DNA of 64,000 nt from Octopus sinensis (lineage: Eukaryota), in assembly GCF_006345805.1 (NCBI RefSeq), contig NC_043011.1, positions 51,410,464-51,474,463 on the forward strand, read 5' to 3'. Within the stretch, counting starts at the first letter, position 1; every line of letters begins with the position of its first letter. A program made the translations under genes and the position numbers. The notes below the pieces were generated by a model. It searched no databases. It was not told the origin of the DNA and was given only the letters and a program-made list of their open reading frames with translations. Positions 40,557-54,035 of the stretch are shown here, in pieces.

Positions 40557-40748
40557 TTAAATTTAAATGTTGAAGTGGCCATTCCAGCACACAATCTCAG
40601 ATCAGGTCACTTGCTATGTAAGTACATCTCCGTAGTTCTTTTATCAATTTAATTTATCAAACTACAAGGTTATTCTTTGACATAAATGATGCAGTCAGTG
40701 TCAAACACTTGGAAATATAAACACATTAAAACATTGCACCACACATAT

Positions 40749-40780
<32 letters not shown>

Positions 40781-41244
40781 GGGGAAGAATTCACAAAAAA
40801 AACCCCACATATTTGTTCTTGTGTCAAGTTATATATAAAAACAATTCAATATTAAACTGAAGGATATCTCAATACTTTTTAATAGAGTGCATCTTTAGTC
40901 ACTTTTACAAGGAATGGGCTGACAGTGACTTCAAGTTCACCTTCATCAGAGAGTTTGATGAAGGTGAGCAGACCAAAACTCTTAAAGTAATTTAAAACTT
41001 TTCCTTGTAAAACCCAATGTATATATATGTTGTGTGTGTGAGTGTGTCGGTGTGCATGTGCATGGATGCATGCATTTATGTATGTATGATGGGTTTCCAT
41101 ATAGCTTCCATGTACTGAATTTCATTGGACAACCTGGTGCTTGAAGGGCATCACGGTAGGATTGAACACGAAACCATGTAGTTGTGTAGCAAATTTCTAA
41201 ACAACATGGCTATGTTTATTTAGATATCATATAGATGTAGGCAT

Positions 41245-41635
41245 GACTGTGTGGTAAGAAATTTGCCTCCCAACTACATGGTTTCAGGTTCAGTGCCATT
41301 GCATGGCACCTTGGGAAATTGTCTTTTTCTATAGCCCTGGCCAGCCCAAGGTGCTGTGAGTGGATTCAGTAGACAGAAACTGAAAGACGACTGTGAGACA
41401 CACACACACACACATATATACATATGTATACACATATGTGTGTTGGTCTTTGATAACTGGTGCTGGTTTATTTACTTCCCCTAACTTAACAGTTGAGTAA
41501 AAGAGACCTAGAGAATAAGTATGACTTAAAAATAATTAAAAAAAGCACTGGAGTTGATTTGCTTGATAAAACCTCTCAAGGTGGTGCCCCAGCATGGCAG
41601 CAGTCCAATGACTGAAACAAGTAAAAAATAAAAGG
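41245..41635 (+). mobile_element. SINE family C (diverged)
   Basis: ggcatgactgtgtggtaag...ggcaccttgggaa...gactgaaacaagtaaaa. Confidence 0.75.
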
Positions 41636-41841
41636 ATACTGATGGCATATGATAAAAGTTAGATACAAGAAGGAAGCAATGCTTTCTTATACAATAATTA
41701 TTATAAGAAGAAGAAAATTAATACATTTATTATCAAATGACAGACCAAAACAACTCTTCTGAACCAATAAGGATCTTGACATTATTCAATTCCCTAGAAA
41801 TAGCAGCAAAAATCTCCATGAAATTGCATTCTTTTATTTTA

Positions 41842-42232
41842 AACTAGCAGTATCGCCCGGCGTTGCTCGGGTTTGTTTCAACTCTTTAGAATTGGAATTT
41901 TTGAAAATAAAAATTTTGCATTATATAGCTTGCTATTCTCTTTAAGTGAACATTTCTCTGGTTGAAATACACCAAAAAATGGCAACACAGCAGTCAAAAA
42001 ATCGTAAAAAATAAGGATTTTCATAGAAAAAAAGCACCTTTTTGTTGTAAATAATTTTTGGTGTTAACATGGTCTGATTTGAATTTTTTCTTCTACGGAA
42101 GGAAGAGCAAGTCTTCTTCTATCATACTCTTAATTTTGGTCAACTTGTGCCGCAGGGTCTCGGAGGAGATAGTGTTAGTTGAAGGCTACCAAACCTGCCA
42201 TACACAGACAACTTCAGCTTTACATATATAGA
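41842..42232 (+). mobile_element. Helentron-associated non-autonomous element (HINE/DINE-1-like)
   Basis: 5' aactagcagtatcgcccggcgttgctcggg subterminal hairpin; 3' acagacaacttcagctttacatatatag; inserted in a T-rich site splitting a family D copy. Confidence 0.7.
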
Positions 42233-43965
42233 GAGATAAGGAAAGAATGCCTTAGACAATGTAAGTTCTATATATTTCTAAAAAGACATGATGGTCACAG
42301 CTGGAAAGCCTTTCATCATAAGTTTGCTCAACCAGTGCAGATCTGGGACTAAACAACAAAAACAGCAGCAGCAGCAGCTAAGTTGACGAAAGACATTATT
42401 ATAGTTTCTGTTGTTTGCAGAAAACTAACCTAAAAGCAACATGTCTGAAAGAACTCTCAAACTGAATAAGATTGAAAACAATAAAATGTAATCATTATTT
42501 AACTGAAGGATAAAACTGATATATTACGGTGAAACAAAGGAAATTGTTATCTTAATGTGAAATAAACCGATATTTTCCTCTAGAAAATAAAAGCAAAGTT
42601 GCTGTTTTATTGATAAATCAACTTAAATCGTTTGTCGACTGCCACAAGAAATTAAATTGTTTATTCTGATGGGAAATTACAATGAATTTTAAACACATTC
42701 ACAATTGGTGATGCCTTGCTACCTATAATTTAATACTTCAGTCATTCTGCTCCTGTTGTTGTTGTTGTTGTTATTGTTGTTCATATTTGTAGTTATTGTA
42801 CTTGTGAAGAAGCAGAGGCAGGGGTGGTGGTGGTGTTGTTGTTCTAACTGTTGTTTTTAGGTGGTAATGAGTTGTCACTGCTGGTTGTTGTTGTTGTTAG
42901 AGATAAGGTGTTCTTGAGTGTTTGTTTATGTGAAGTAATAGTAGCAGCAATAGTACTTCTGATGGTGTTGCTGTTGTTACTAAAGGTAAAGTAGTATTGA
43001 TGTTGTTATTAGACATAACGCTAATGTTGCTGAAGGCGTTATTATTGTTGTTATTACAAATAAAGTGGTATAGTTATTGTTATTAGAGATAGTATTTTTT
43101 TTAAGGTACTGCTGCTGTTGTTTTTGTTGCTGTTATCACTGTGAATATTGGGGATGGTTTTTTGAAGCAGTGTTTTGAAATTAAAATCAGTTTTCAAACT
43201 TCACACACACAAAGAAATAAATGTACACTTCGCTTTATTGAAATTATACAAAGAACATTTTCTTAGAGTTTTAGCATAAAGACAATAACAAAACTGAGGA
43301 AATTTTAAAGGTTATTTCTAGTGTCACACATGCTTCTCAAGTTACTTCTATAAGATGTTAACTTGTTTTCTAACAGTTAAGAGAGCTGGGGCATGTAGGA
43401 TCAAAATGTCTTACTCAGAGATGCATTGAACCAACTGCAATTGGATATGAACTGACAATACACTAACCACTCAGCTATATTTCACATCAACATGGAAAAT
43501 ACAGTAAAAGATTTCAATATCGTGTGAGATGATGAAGGAGCCTTGTTGAATATACATTTTTATTTATTCTTTCTTTTTCTGATCTCAGTTATAGGACTGT
43601 GGCCATGCTGGGACACAAATTTCATCTTCCTCCACCCCAGTACTTTAACTGATAATTACTTTGTTGACTTCATAAAGCCAAATGAAATTGGAGTTGTGTG
43701 TATGTTTGTTAGCCCCAGGTCAATCCTGATCAAGCAGACCTGCGGTAAAAACGACACCACTAGTTACCATCACATAATATTTAGAAAGGATTTTTCTGGG
43801 TTAAATATAATTTTAGAAGAGATGTTTTCTGAATTATAAGCTAATGGGGATTCCAACTATGCACATAACAATTGGGAAATATAAACAAAGACACAATACA
43901 TGGAATATTCACAGCTGAGTTTTCTCACCAGTCAATGACGCAAAATATCATAGTGGTTTTGTGCC

Positions 43966-44005
<40 letters not shown>

Positions 44006-44120
44006 TAAATTAGAGATAAAACCACTATTAGGCAACTCAATTTGATTTATATTTATACTGTGAAATCTGATTTAATCCTAAATCTAATTTTTCCCTGTAA
44101 GTTTGTATATACTCCCTAAT

Positions 44121-44414
44121 ATTATTATTATATATATATGCAATGACGCCACCAATAGTTGAATGCAAAAATGACCTTTTCTTGAATACTTTTTATTTTT
44201 ATAAAAATTTTCGTTATCCAATAGCATCACCATTAGTCGAATATAGCAAGGTTGAATTTGATTTAGGCATTCTTTTTGTTATTGTTTATCTCAGATGTTC
44301 AGTTTGAATTTCACTAAATTGGATCAACCTGATAATGTTGTGTTAATATATATTTTTGAAAATATTAATATTAATTTTAATGATATTTTCTATATATATG
44401 TCTGTCAGTCTATC

Positions 44415-44477
<63 letters not shown>

Positions 44478-44773
44478 CTATATATATATATATATATGTA
44501 TAAAAAATATATAAAATGGGACAAGAACGCAAAACATTCAAATAGACGATACGAAAACGGACGGGTCATTCGAAGCCTCTAATCTTCAGTCAAGAACCGG
44601 ATCATCCTTGCAATTTCGGCTGATATGTATGTATGTGTGTATGTCTGTATGTATATATATGTATGTATATATACACATATATATATATGTTAATACAATA
44701 GAAACAATTGTTGGCTTTATAAGGTGAGAATCTATAATAAAGATGTAATTTTCTCTATACATATTTTTTGTTT

Positions 44774-44807
<34 letters not shown>

Positions 44808-45095
44808 GCAATGACGCCACCAATAGTTGAATGCAAAAATGACCTTTTCTTGAATACTTTTTATTTTTATAAAAATTTTCGTTATCCAATAGCATCACCA
44901 TTAGTCGAATATAGCAAGGTTGAATTTGATTTAGGCATTCTTTTTGTTATTGTTTATCTGCTGGTAATATTTCAGATGTTCAGTTTGAATTTCACTAAAT
45001 TGGATCAACCTGATAATGTTGTGTTAATATATATTTTTGAAAATATTAATATTAATTTTAATGATATTTTCTATATATATGTCTGTCAGTCTATC

Positions 45096-45158
<63 letters not shown>

Positions 45159-45480
45159 TTCTCTATCTATCTATCTATCTATCTATATATATATATATAT
45201 ATATGTATAAAAAATATATAAAATGGGACAAGAACGCAAAACATTCAAATAGACGATACGAAAACGGACGGGTCATTCGAAGCCTCTAATCTTCAGTCAA
45301 GAACCGGATCATCCTTGCAATTTCGGCTGATATGTATGTATGTGTGTATGTCTGTATGTATATATATGTATGTATATATACACATATATATATATGTTAA
45401 TACAATAGAAACAATTGTTGGCTTTATAAGGTGAGAATCTATAATAAAGATGTAATTTTCTCTATACATATTTTTTGTTT
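44121..45480 (+). repeat. Tandem duplication, ~670-710-bp unit
   Basis: caatgacgccacc at 44141 and 44809; copy 1 lacks gctggtaatatt; breakpoints in (TA)n. Confidence 0.95.
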
Positions 45481-45512
<32 letters not shown>

Positions 45513-46387
45513 TATAATATAATATATATATACATATAATTGAATGTGTGTGTGCGTGTGTGTGCATACACATGCAAGCAGCCTTCAATCCTTTCAACTC
45601 ATTTATCAAATGCACCCATTTCACTTGCCAGTAGCACATTTCAGATTTCAAGAGTACCAGGCTTATGTGATTAGCTTACACACCAAGAGAAGAGAGAAAA
45701 AAAATCAAAGCAAAAAAAAACTACAACAAAAACCTTGAAAACAAAACAAAGACACATGGCCAAACAGTCAGTAGATGGATTGATAAGCAGATAAAATGAC
45801 TACCAGAAAGGCAAACAGGGAGACATACTCAGAGAGAGAGAGAGAGAGAGAGACATCCACAGACAGATACTCTTCTGCAAATTCTCTGTATTGTCTCAGC
45901 TTTTCAACACACCCATCATTGCCCAGATGTCAATACATTGAAACCTTGGTCATTAAACAGTGTTTACAATCAAAATACACAATCACAGTCCATACCTTGA
46001 ATTTTACAACCCAAACATACTCAATCAAGTAATTACATAATGTTTACAATCTAGAAGCTATTAATTGTTTCTTCACATAATGTTTAAAATCTAAACACAC
46101 CCAATCAAGTGTTATTTATAATAACTAATGAAGAGTTCATATAAGTGTTTGTAATTTATATACTTTAAATCAAGTGTTTACATAATGTTTACAACTTAGA
46201 CACTATCAAATTTTTATATTGTTTATATACATAGTAAATACAATAGTAATCCAGTGATTATAGAAACATTTACAACCTATAAACTATAACCTTCAGAACA
46301 TTCTATTGTCTATACTACTTTCCTATACATTCTGTTACTTATACATTGTATATATTCTGAAAACTATTTTGCTCTACTATATATATA

Positions 46388-46720
46388 TCATCATCATCAT
46401 CGTTTAACGTCCGTTCTCCATGCTAGCATGGGTTGGACGGTTTGACCGGGGATCTGGGAAGCCAGAAGGCTGCACCAGGCTCCGGTCTTATCTTACAAAG
46501 TTTCTACAGCTGGATGCCCTTCCTAACGCCAACCACTCCGTGAGTGTAGTGGGTGCTTTTTACGTGCCACCTGCACTGGTGCCAGGCGAGGCTGGCATCG
46601 GCCACGGTCGGATTGGTGCATTTTATGGAAGCCAGTCAAGGTGGCACTGGCTTCGGCTACGATTCGGATGGTGCTTTTTACGTGCCACCGACACGGAAGC
46701 CAGTCGAGGCGGTGCTGGCA
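46388..46720 (-). mobile_element. Family B element
   Basis: (cat)n gtttaacgtccgttctccatgctagcatgg...ggtgcttttttacgtgccacc. Confidence 0.85.
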
Positions 46721-46968
46721 TATATATATATGTGTGTGTGTTTGTGTGTTGACTATACTGCTCTACTATAGATATATAAATATATATGTATGTCTATATG
46801 TTTGTATATGTGTGCATGTACCTGACTGAGTGTCTACAAACATTTTTATGTGAGTATGAGCTTGTAGATAAATGTATACAATATAGAAGATGAAACTCAG
46901 AGTAGACAGATAACTTTTGATATAATATATATATGTACTGATTTCAATATCAAACAAAATTAGCACTT

Positions 46969-47006
<38 letters not shown>

Positions 47007-47029
47007 TATTAACAGTTATCGCCAAGCTA

Positions 47030-47205
47030 ATATGGCAGTCCATAAATATAGGACGAAAGTTGCCGTTGATTAGCTCCAAGAGGCCATCGCCTCTAGCTAG
47101 CTATATGACACACAAACCTGTGTCCATTATAACTTTCGAACAGGGGAGGTCAGCTGCTTTCCCTTGCTGGTCAGGCATCTGCAGACATGTTTCAGGGTAA
47201 TGTAT
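47030..47205. mobile_element. Unclassified CpG-rich interspersed repeat
   Basis: Sharp compositional block after (TA)n ending gcatctgcagacatgtttc. Confidence 0.4.
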
Positions 47206-47277
47206 ATGTAAACTAATTAACTTTTATGAGGAAAAGGTTAACAGTGACATTGAAATTCTGGCTAGCTCACCTTCATC

Positions 47278-47330
47278 AGACTGATGAAGGCAAGCAAGCT
47301 TAAACTTTGAAATTACTATTAATCTTTTCT
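47278..47330 (+). ncRNA. Degenerate canonical-core hammerhead-like motif
   Basis: CUGAUGA (47281-87)...GAAA (47309) UUA cuau UAA UC; 4-bp stem III, AUC triplet; stems I and II weak. Confidence 0.35.
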
Positions 47331-47348
47331 TTGTAAAAGTTAATAAAC

Positions 47349-47635
47349 ATCATCATCATTTAGCGTCCGCTTTCCATGCTAGCATGGGTTGGACGGTTCA
47401 ACTGGGGTCTGTGAAGCCAGAAGGCTGCATCAGGCCCAGTCTGATCTGGCAGTGTTTCTACGGCTGGATGCCCTTCCTAACGCCAACCACTCCGTGAGTG
47501 TAGTGGGTGCTTTTTACGTGCCACCCGCACAGGGGCCAGACGGAGCTGGCAAACGGCCACGAACGGATGGTGCTTTTACATGCCACCGGCATGGGTGCCA
47601 GGCGAGGCTGGCAACGGACACGAACGGTTGGTGCT
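47349..47635 (-). mobile_element. Family B element
   Basis: Reverse complement of 5021 copy. Confidence 0.85.
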
Positions 47636-48128
47636 TATTCTTCAGTTCAATGTTAAAGGGTTATTATATATAACTTGACATAAGAACACACACACACACT
47701 TATGGGTAAAGGCATGGCTAACTTCACAATGATGAGGTCCCAGTTTCAATGCTACTGTGCGGTATTTTAAGTAAATATACTTTGCTGTGGTCTTGAGTTA
47801 ACGCAAACTTGATGAATGAAATTGGATGGATGGAAACTGTTTGGAAGACTGTCAGGTAGATTGTACCTGCAATACAATGGGACAGCTTTGTAACATACTG
47901 TGAGATGTTGATTCTGCCAGTTGAGAATTATATTAAGGATAAGAGAACCATTTGTTTTATTTATGTGCATGTACACAACCACCCATCCACCATCCAAAGT
48001 ATGTTAAATTAAAAAGAAAAAAACACATGTAAAAATACATTTTTATATACTGGCTCCTTCATGGGAGTATCACTCATTCTCTCTCTCTCCCTATTATATA
48101 TATATGGAGAGACAGATAGATAAATAGC

Positions 48129-48174
<46 letters not shown>

Positions 48175-48729
48175 CAGTTATGTAAGTACACACACACGTG
48201 CACACAGACACACACACACATGTATATAAATTTGTGTGTATGTCTGTGTTATAACAGCATTGGACATACAAATCAATACTGAGTAGAGCTAATCAATATA
48301 TACACCTGTAGTAGTAGTGGTGGTGGTGGTGGTGGTGGTGTTAGTAGTAGTAGTAGTTGTTTGTTGACAATGTCTACATAGGAAAATAGGTTTCACTGGG
48401 CAATGAATCACCAACTTTACCACTCAATGTCAACTGGTCAATTTATCAAGTTGAATAATAAAGGGTTTAAATACGCATGCATACACCCCCTATACCGACA
48501 CAAAGGCATATACATGTTCATCAACATGTGTACACATAGATACATGGACATGCCTGAACATGCACATGTGTGCATGCACACACACGCACATATACACTTA
48601 CTCATCATCACTCTTATATAGAGAAACACAAAGTGATGGTGACGTACAGTCATGCAGATATGTCTTCCAGAAACAATATATATGTTGCGTGTGTGTGTGT
48701 GTGTTTATATGTATATATATATATATAAA

Positions 48730-49260
48730 TAATGTTTGCTTCCCAATCACATGGTTCCAGGTTCAGTCCCACTGCATAGCACCTTGGGCAGGTGTCTTCT
48801 ACTATGGCCTCGGGCTAACCAAAGCCTTGTGAGTGGATTTGGTAGATGGAAACTGAAAGAAGACAGTCATATATCATCATCATCATCATCATCATCATCA
48901 TCGTTTAGCGTCCGTTTTCCATGCTAGCATGGGTTGGACGGGTCAACTGGGGTCTGTGAAGCTGGAAGGCTTCGTCAGGCCCAGTCAGATCTGGCAGTGT
49001 TTCTACGGCTGGATGCCCTTATATATATATATATATATATATGTATATGTATATGTTTGTGTGTCTGTGTTTGCCCCTCCACCATCACTTGAAATCCGAT
49101 GCTGGTGTGTTTACATCTCCGTAACTTAGCAGTTTGGCAAAAGAGACCGATAAAATAAGTACTAGGCTTACAAAGAATAAGTCCTGGGGTCGATTTGTTT
49201 GACTAAAGGTAGTGCTCCAGCATGGCCACAGTCAAATGACTGAAACAAATAAAAGAATAA
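48730..49260 (+). mobile_element. SINE family C, interrupted
   Basis: Head 48730-48870, tail 49040-49260. Confidence 0.8.
48877..49020 (-). mobile_element. 5'-truncated family B element nested in a family C SINE
   Basis: (cat)n...ggctggatgccctt between the two halves of the 48730-49260 SINE. Confidence 0.8.
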
Positions 49261-49639
49261 CCTCAATATATCACAGTAAATTTACTGATAAAAGAACTCA
49301 ATACTGATGATAGACTCAAATTTGTGACTTCATGAGCCACTTGTTTGGTGGTTTATTAAAAGAAATCTTATATATACTATGCATTATACACACATGCATG
49401 CATAAAACCTGTGTTTATCCAATCCCAGTTTGTCCAACACATACAAACACACGTACATATACCCATGAAATTATATGCAAAAGCAATGAATTTGAACACC
49501 ATAGAGCAAAGCCTTCTATCAAGTCTGGCTTATTAACTATCTAGCTTAGTTACTTGTCTATGTTCCCCATTTATCTGTAATTTCTTGGTTCAGTATCTTC
49601 TTACAAGATTTCACCATTGTAGTATGTATGGATGTAGCT

Positions 49640-49900
49640 CTTCCCAACCCACATCCTATCATCTCTGATGTATCCCCAAGGTTTGATAATACTCCTCATG
49701 CTTTTCTGTACATCAATGACCTAGTTGTAGCCATTTCTAACAACACATACTCCCATGCAGATACTACAATTCACACCTTTTAAACAACCTGCATACATTC
49801 ATCCACATGCAACCTACACATCACATGCTTATCGTTTATTGACTCCTTAAACAAATACCTTGAAAGTACCCATCAATGTGGTCATGACGACTTTGCTTTC
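49640..49900 (+). mobile_element. CR1/L2-type RT fragment
   Basis: ISDVSPR...AFLYINDL....NTYSHAD..TIH, similar to GVPQG..LFLLFINDL..IHSYADD. Confidence 0.6.
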
Positions 49901-50288
49901 TTCCACTCCTATAAAGGGGAACATTCTTGTACCTTATCCTCTCTAGTTATAGACAACACACAGCTATAGACCCTGTGATAATCTCCCCTGCTAGGCAGTG
50001 ACTTGGTGGTCATTAGAATGTTAACTAGAATACCCTGTGGTATGTGTTACAACACTTTGCGATGTGAGTTCAAATGCTACCACGGTCAACCTTGTCTTTC
50101 ATCCATTCAGGGTTGATAAAAAGACACTAATCCAGGTTAGTGATCTGGTGAAACTGTCAGCAGGTTGGGTGGGATGCTTTGCAATATCTGATACAGCTTT
50201 GTGTCTCCTAACAGCAATGCTTACACTGACACTGGTGTGAAACTGTACCAGCTCATGTTGGTGACCTTTTCATTGGATAAACATCAAC

Positions 50289-50520
50289 GGTGGCGAGCTG
50301 GCAGAAACGTTAGCACGCCAGGCGAAATGCGTAGCGGTATTTCGTCTGCGTTACGTTGTGAGTTCAAATTCCGCCGAGGTCGACTTTGCCTTTCATCCTT
50401 TCGGGGTCGATAAATTAAGTACCAGTTACACACAGGGGTCGATGTAATCGACTTAATACCTATGTCTGTCCTTGTTTGTCCCCTCTGTGTTTAGCCCCTT
50501 GTGGGTAATAAAGAAATAGG
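50289..50520 (+). mobile_element. SINE family A (young copy)
   Basis: High identity to 2553 copy, CpGs retained. Confidence 0.85.
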
Positions 50521-50879
50521 TATAGAAAGAGGAAACTTGCATGTATGGATAACTAACAGTCTTCCTCAAAAATCGCACCCAACCCTGCACATACATGTGC
50601 AGATACATGGTCGACCTTGGCTGGTTGAGAACCTACATATAACATTGCTAAACATACATCATAAAAACTACAATTCCTCATTAGAACCAAGACATGCTTC
50701 AATGTGATGTGCTGTTGTTAGTATCTGTAGCTCAAGTAAGACCCACATTAGAGAGCTGCTCACAGCTATAGAGTGGTATTGTGGCAACATACATAAACCT
50801 TTTAGACTGTAACCGAAATATGGCCATTCAGTTGACTTGCATCAATATGGTTCAACCACTTGGCCACAGATACACTATT

Positions 50880-51140
50880 TCTTCTCTCTACATATTTTAT
50901 TATAGTTCTAATGTCCCTTATTCCACTGAATTAGCTGTGTACTTTCTCTCCACAGGCCTATTCTCCTCCTTCCATCATTGTTACTGTTTCTCAGCTTCCA
51001 GACTCTACACCAAAAATTTCTACCAATCTCTCTTTCCCAGAATTCTATCCCATCAGAATCTCTCTACCCCACTTCGCTCCTGCCATATTTTCCTCACAGA
51101 CTCTGACTTATAGATTTTCAAGCTGAACCTTAGCCAAATG
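50880..51140 (+). mobile_element. CR1-type 3' end fragment
   Basis: YQSLFPRILS....P..IF.TDSDL*IFK, similar to SFFPRT..LWNSLP..VFP...NLQ.FK. Confidence 0.5.
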
Positions 51141-53743
51141 AATCAGATGAGAATCAGAAAGCTTTCCAAATGTCAAAGGCACTGTTTCTCTCCTCTGGCT
51201 ACATTATAACATGAATACTCTCACTACTACTCACACACCAAATTTTGAACAAGAAACTAGGAAAGCATATATCTATGACAAATTCCTGACAAAACAACAC
51301 ACAGATACATACTCATGCACACACACACACACCACACACACACACACAAAGCTAAAATGTTTACTGAATGGGCAGTAATAAATAAATTTTAAAAAAACAA
51401 GAAACAAAACTTCCCCAAAGCAATTTGTAATAATTAGACAATAACTCAAAAAGCATAATTCAAAATTCAAAAAACACAAAGTATGCTAAACAGAATATCA
51501 CTGAATGAACAAAATGGTGAACTTGGAAAAGAACAAAAACAAAAACAAAACAACAACAACAACAACAACAACTTATTTCTGAAGAAGAAAGCATTCAGCA
51601 TATTTCCGACCACTGATTCTCAGAAGACCAACTAATTTTTGGACGGAAATAAATCAAATGAAGTTAGTTTACAATTTTATTTCAATGTATTTAATTTTTT
51701 TTTTCATTCTTATTTTGTATATATGTTTTGTTGTTAAATTTTTGAAATTTATCCGTTGAAAGTGAGAAAAGAATGAAAGGATATCTATGAGAGACAAGTC
51801 AATTTGTAATATTATTATATGTCTTTGTTGTTGGTGTTGCTGTTGTTGTTGTTGTTGATGTGACGAGTGAAAAGACAAATACTGTTCCAACAGTGCAGCA
51901 CTTAGCATATTTATAGCAAAAATATCATTTGCGGACTTTAACAATGGTCTTAGAATTTTATTGAAACATACTAAGATAAAACTTTAATCTCTCTCTCTCT
52001 CTCTCTGTCAATCTCTCAGACAAACACACACACACACACACTCTCTCTCTCTCTCTCATTCTCTCTCTCTTTGCAACAAATATCTCTTTATTTCTTATTT
52101 TCTCTCTCTATCTCTCAGCCTTTCCCCACCTGACTAAGCAATAAAATAAAAATGCTTTTGGGAACATGTAGCAGAATTTCTTAGAGAATATCAAGTCAGA
52201 ACCGATAACCACCCTATGGATAGATACTTGTCACTATCAAATCTATTTATAATATAATATAACAAACAAAATTTTATTCTTATATTCATATGCATGTGTG
52301 GGTGTTTGTTTATACATACTGGAGCCTGGTGCAGCCCCTGGCTTCCCAGATCTCCGGTCGAACCGTCCAACCCATGCTAGCATGGAGAACGGACGTTAAA
52401 CGATGATGATGATATATACTCCACTTGTAATGGTTTTGTCAAATTTTCTGTTTGTTAGATTTTTGCTAAATTTTCCATTTGTCATGTTAAACCTTTGAAA
52501 TATTATTTATGTAACGCAAAGCACTCCTTATGTTTTGCACCCATTTGTAGAATATTCTTGTAATATCTTTTGTGCAACATCTTTTCTGTCTCTTTCTCTT
52601 GCCTCTCTTTTACCTTCCTCTCTCTCTCTCTTCCTCTTTCTCTTCATAATACTCTCCTTTATTGCTTCTGTCTCTTTGCCCTCCATGACTCTTTCTCTCT
52701 CCTCCCACTACCACATGACCCGTGGTAAACATCTCTCATCCCTTTTACGCTTTGCTGTTCTGACTTTCTATCTGCCATTCTTTCGTCTCAAGTTCTATAG
52801 GAAATTTTCATTTTCCACTGTGTTACCCATATTCCTCTGTCTGGCAGCCATACAGCTTTTCTTGTGTTGTATGTGTATAATAATTACAATTATTTTATTT
52901 TGGCATGTTTGTTTTTGTCATTGCCCTATATGTTTGTTAGCTATTCCCAGTGGCTTTCTGCTACTGGCACCACCAAAAAGTGAACAATATCAAAGATAAC
53001 GGCACAAAATTGTAATGATCTTTTGGACAGTGACTGATGAGGAACTAGCAACAAATTTTGGGTTTGTTATGTTTTTGTCAAATTTTCTGTTTATCAGGTT
53101 TTTGTTAAATTTTCTATTTGCTATGTTAAATCTTTGAAATATTACATACATACATACATACAGCATTTTATTGAAGCTGAAAAAACTTTACATAGTTTAT
53201 AAACTATTGCATTTGTCTAAAAACTAACAACTGCTTGATGATCAGTTAACAATTTGTGAAGTCTTTATTAACTCTGCCTTTGGTATTTGAGTACTATAAG
53301 CTCTATTTTTTCTCCCCACCTTGTTTGGCACTTACGTGCATATATGTGCGTGTGTCATCATCATCATTTTAATGTCCACTTTAATGTCATTTAATGTCCA
53401 CTCGCATGGGTCAGACTATTGAGGTGGATTTTCTATGGCCGGATGACCTTCATGTTGCTAAACCTCACCTGTTTCCAAGTAAGGCAATATTTCCTCAATG
53501 GCTGGACATGTTCCTGCAGACTATTTGCAATGAATGACACTGCTTGTATAACAGTGACATTCATTTACAGCTATCACTCGATGTCAAGACAAGGAGACAC
53601 ACATACACACAAACATATATACAATGGTTTTTCTTTCGAGTTCCGCCTACAAAATCTGCTCACTGGGCTGAACCCAGAACCATATAGTTAGGAAGCAAAC
53701 TTCTTACCACACAGCCACAGTTGTGCCTATGTGTGTGTGTGTA

Positions 53744-53812
<69 letters not shown>

Positions 53813-54035
53813 TGTGTGTGTGTGTGTGTATGTGAACATATTTGAATTTAAGAGAAAGAAAATGTACTCAAGGTCTTGATCATATGTCATTGCCTCTGTG
53901 AGACTCAATATCTGAAGATCATGCTTCATCCCCTCATCCCACGTCTTCCTAAGCTTAATACATACATACATACATACGTAACACACACACACACACACAC
54001 ATATACATAACACACACACACACACACACACACAC

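Larger units (their letters stand above)
40414..40577. repeat. Palindrome (~77-bp arms, 10-nt loop)
   Basis: cacttcaacatttaaattt...aattct / gttctagcat / agaatt...aaatttaaatgttgaagtg. Confidence 0.95.

Noticed and set aside
53025-53090. CTGATGA followed by the tail shared with the 63780 family
   Set aside because: No GAAA or stem II closure; at most a heavily decayed relative.
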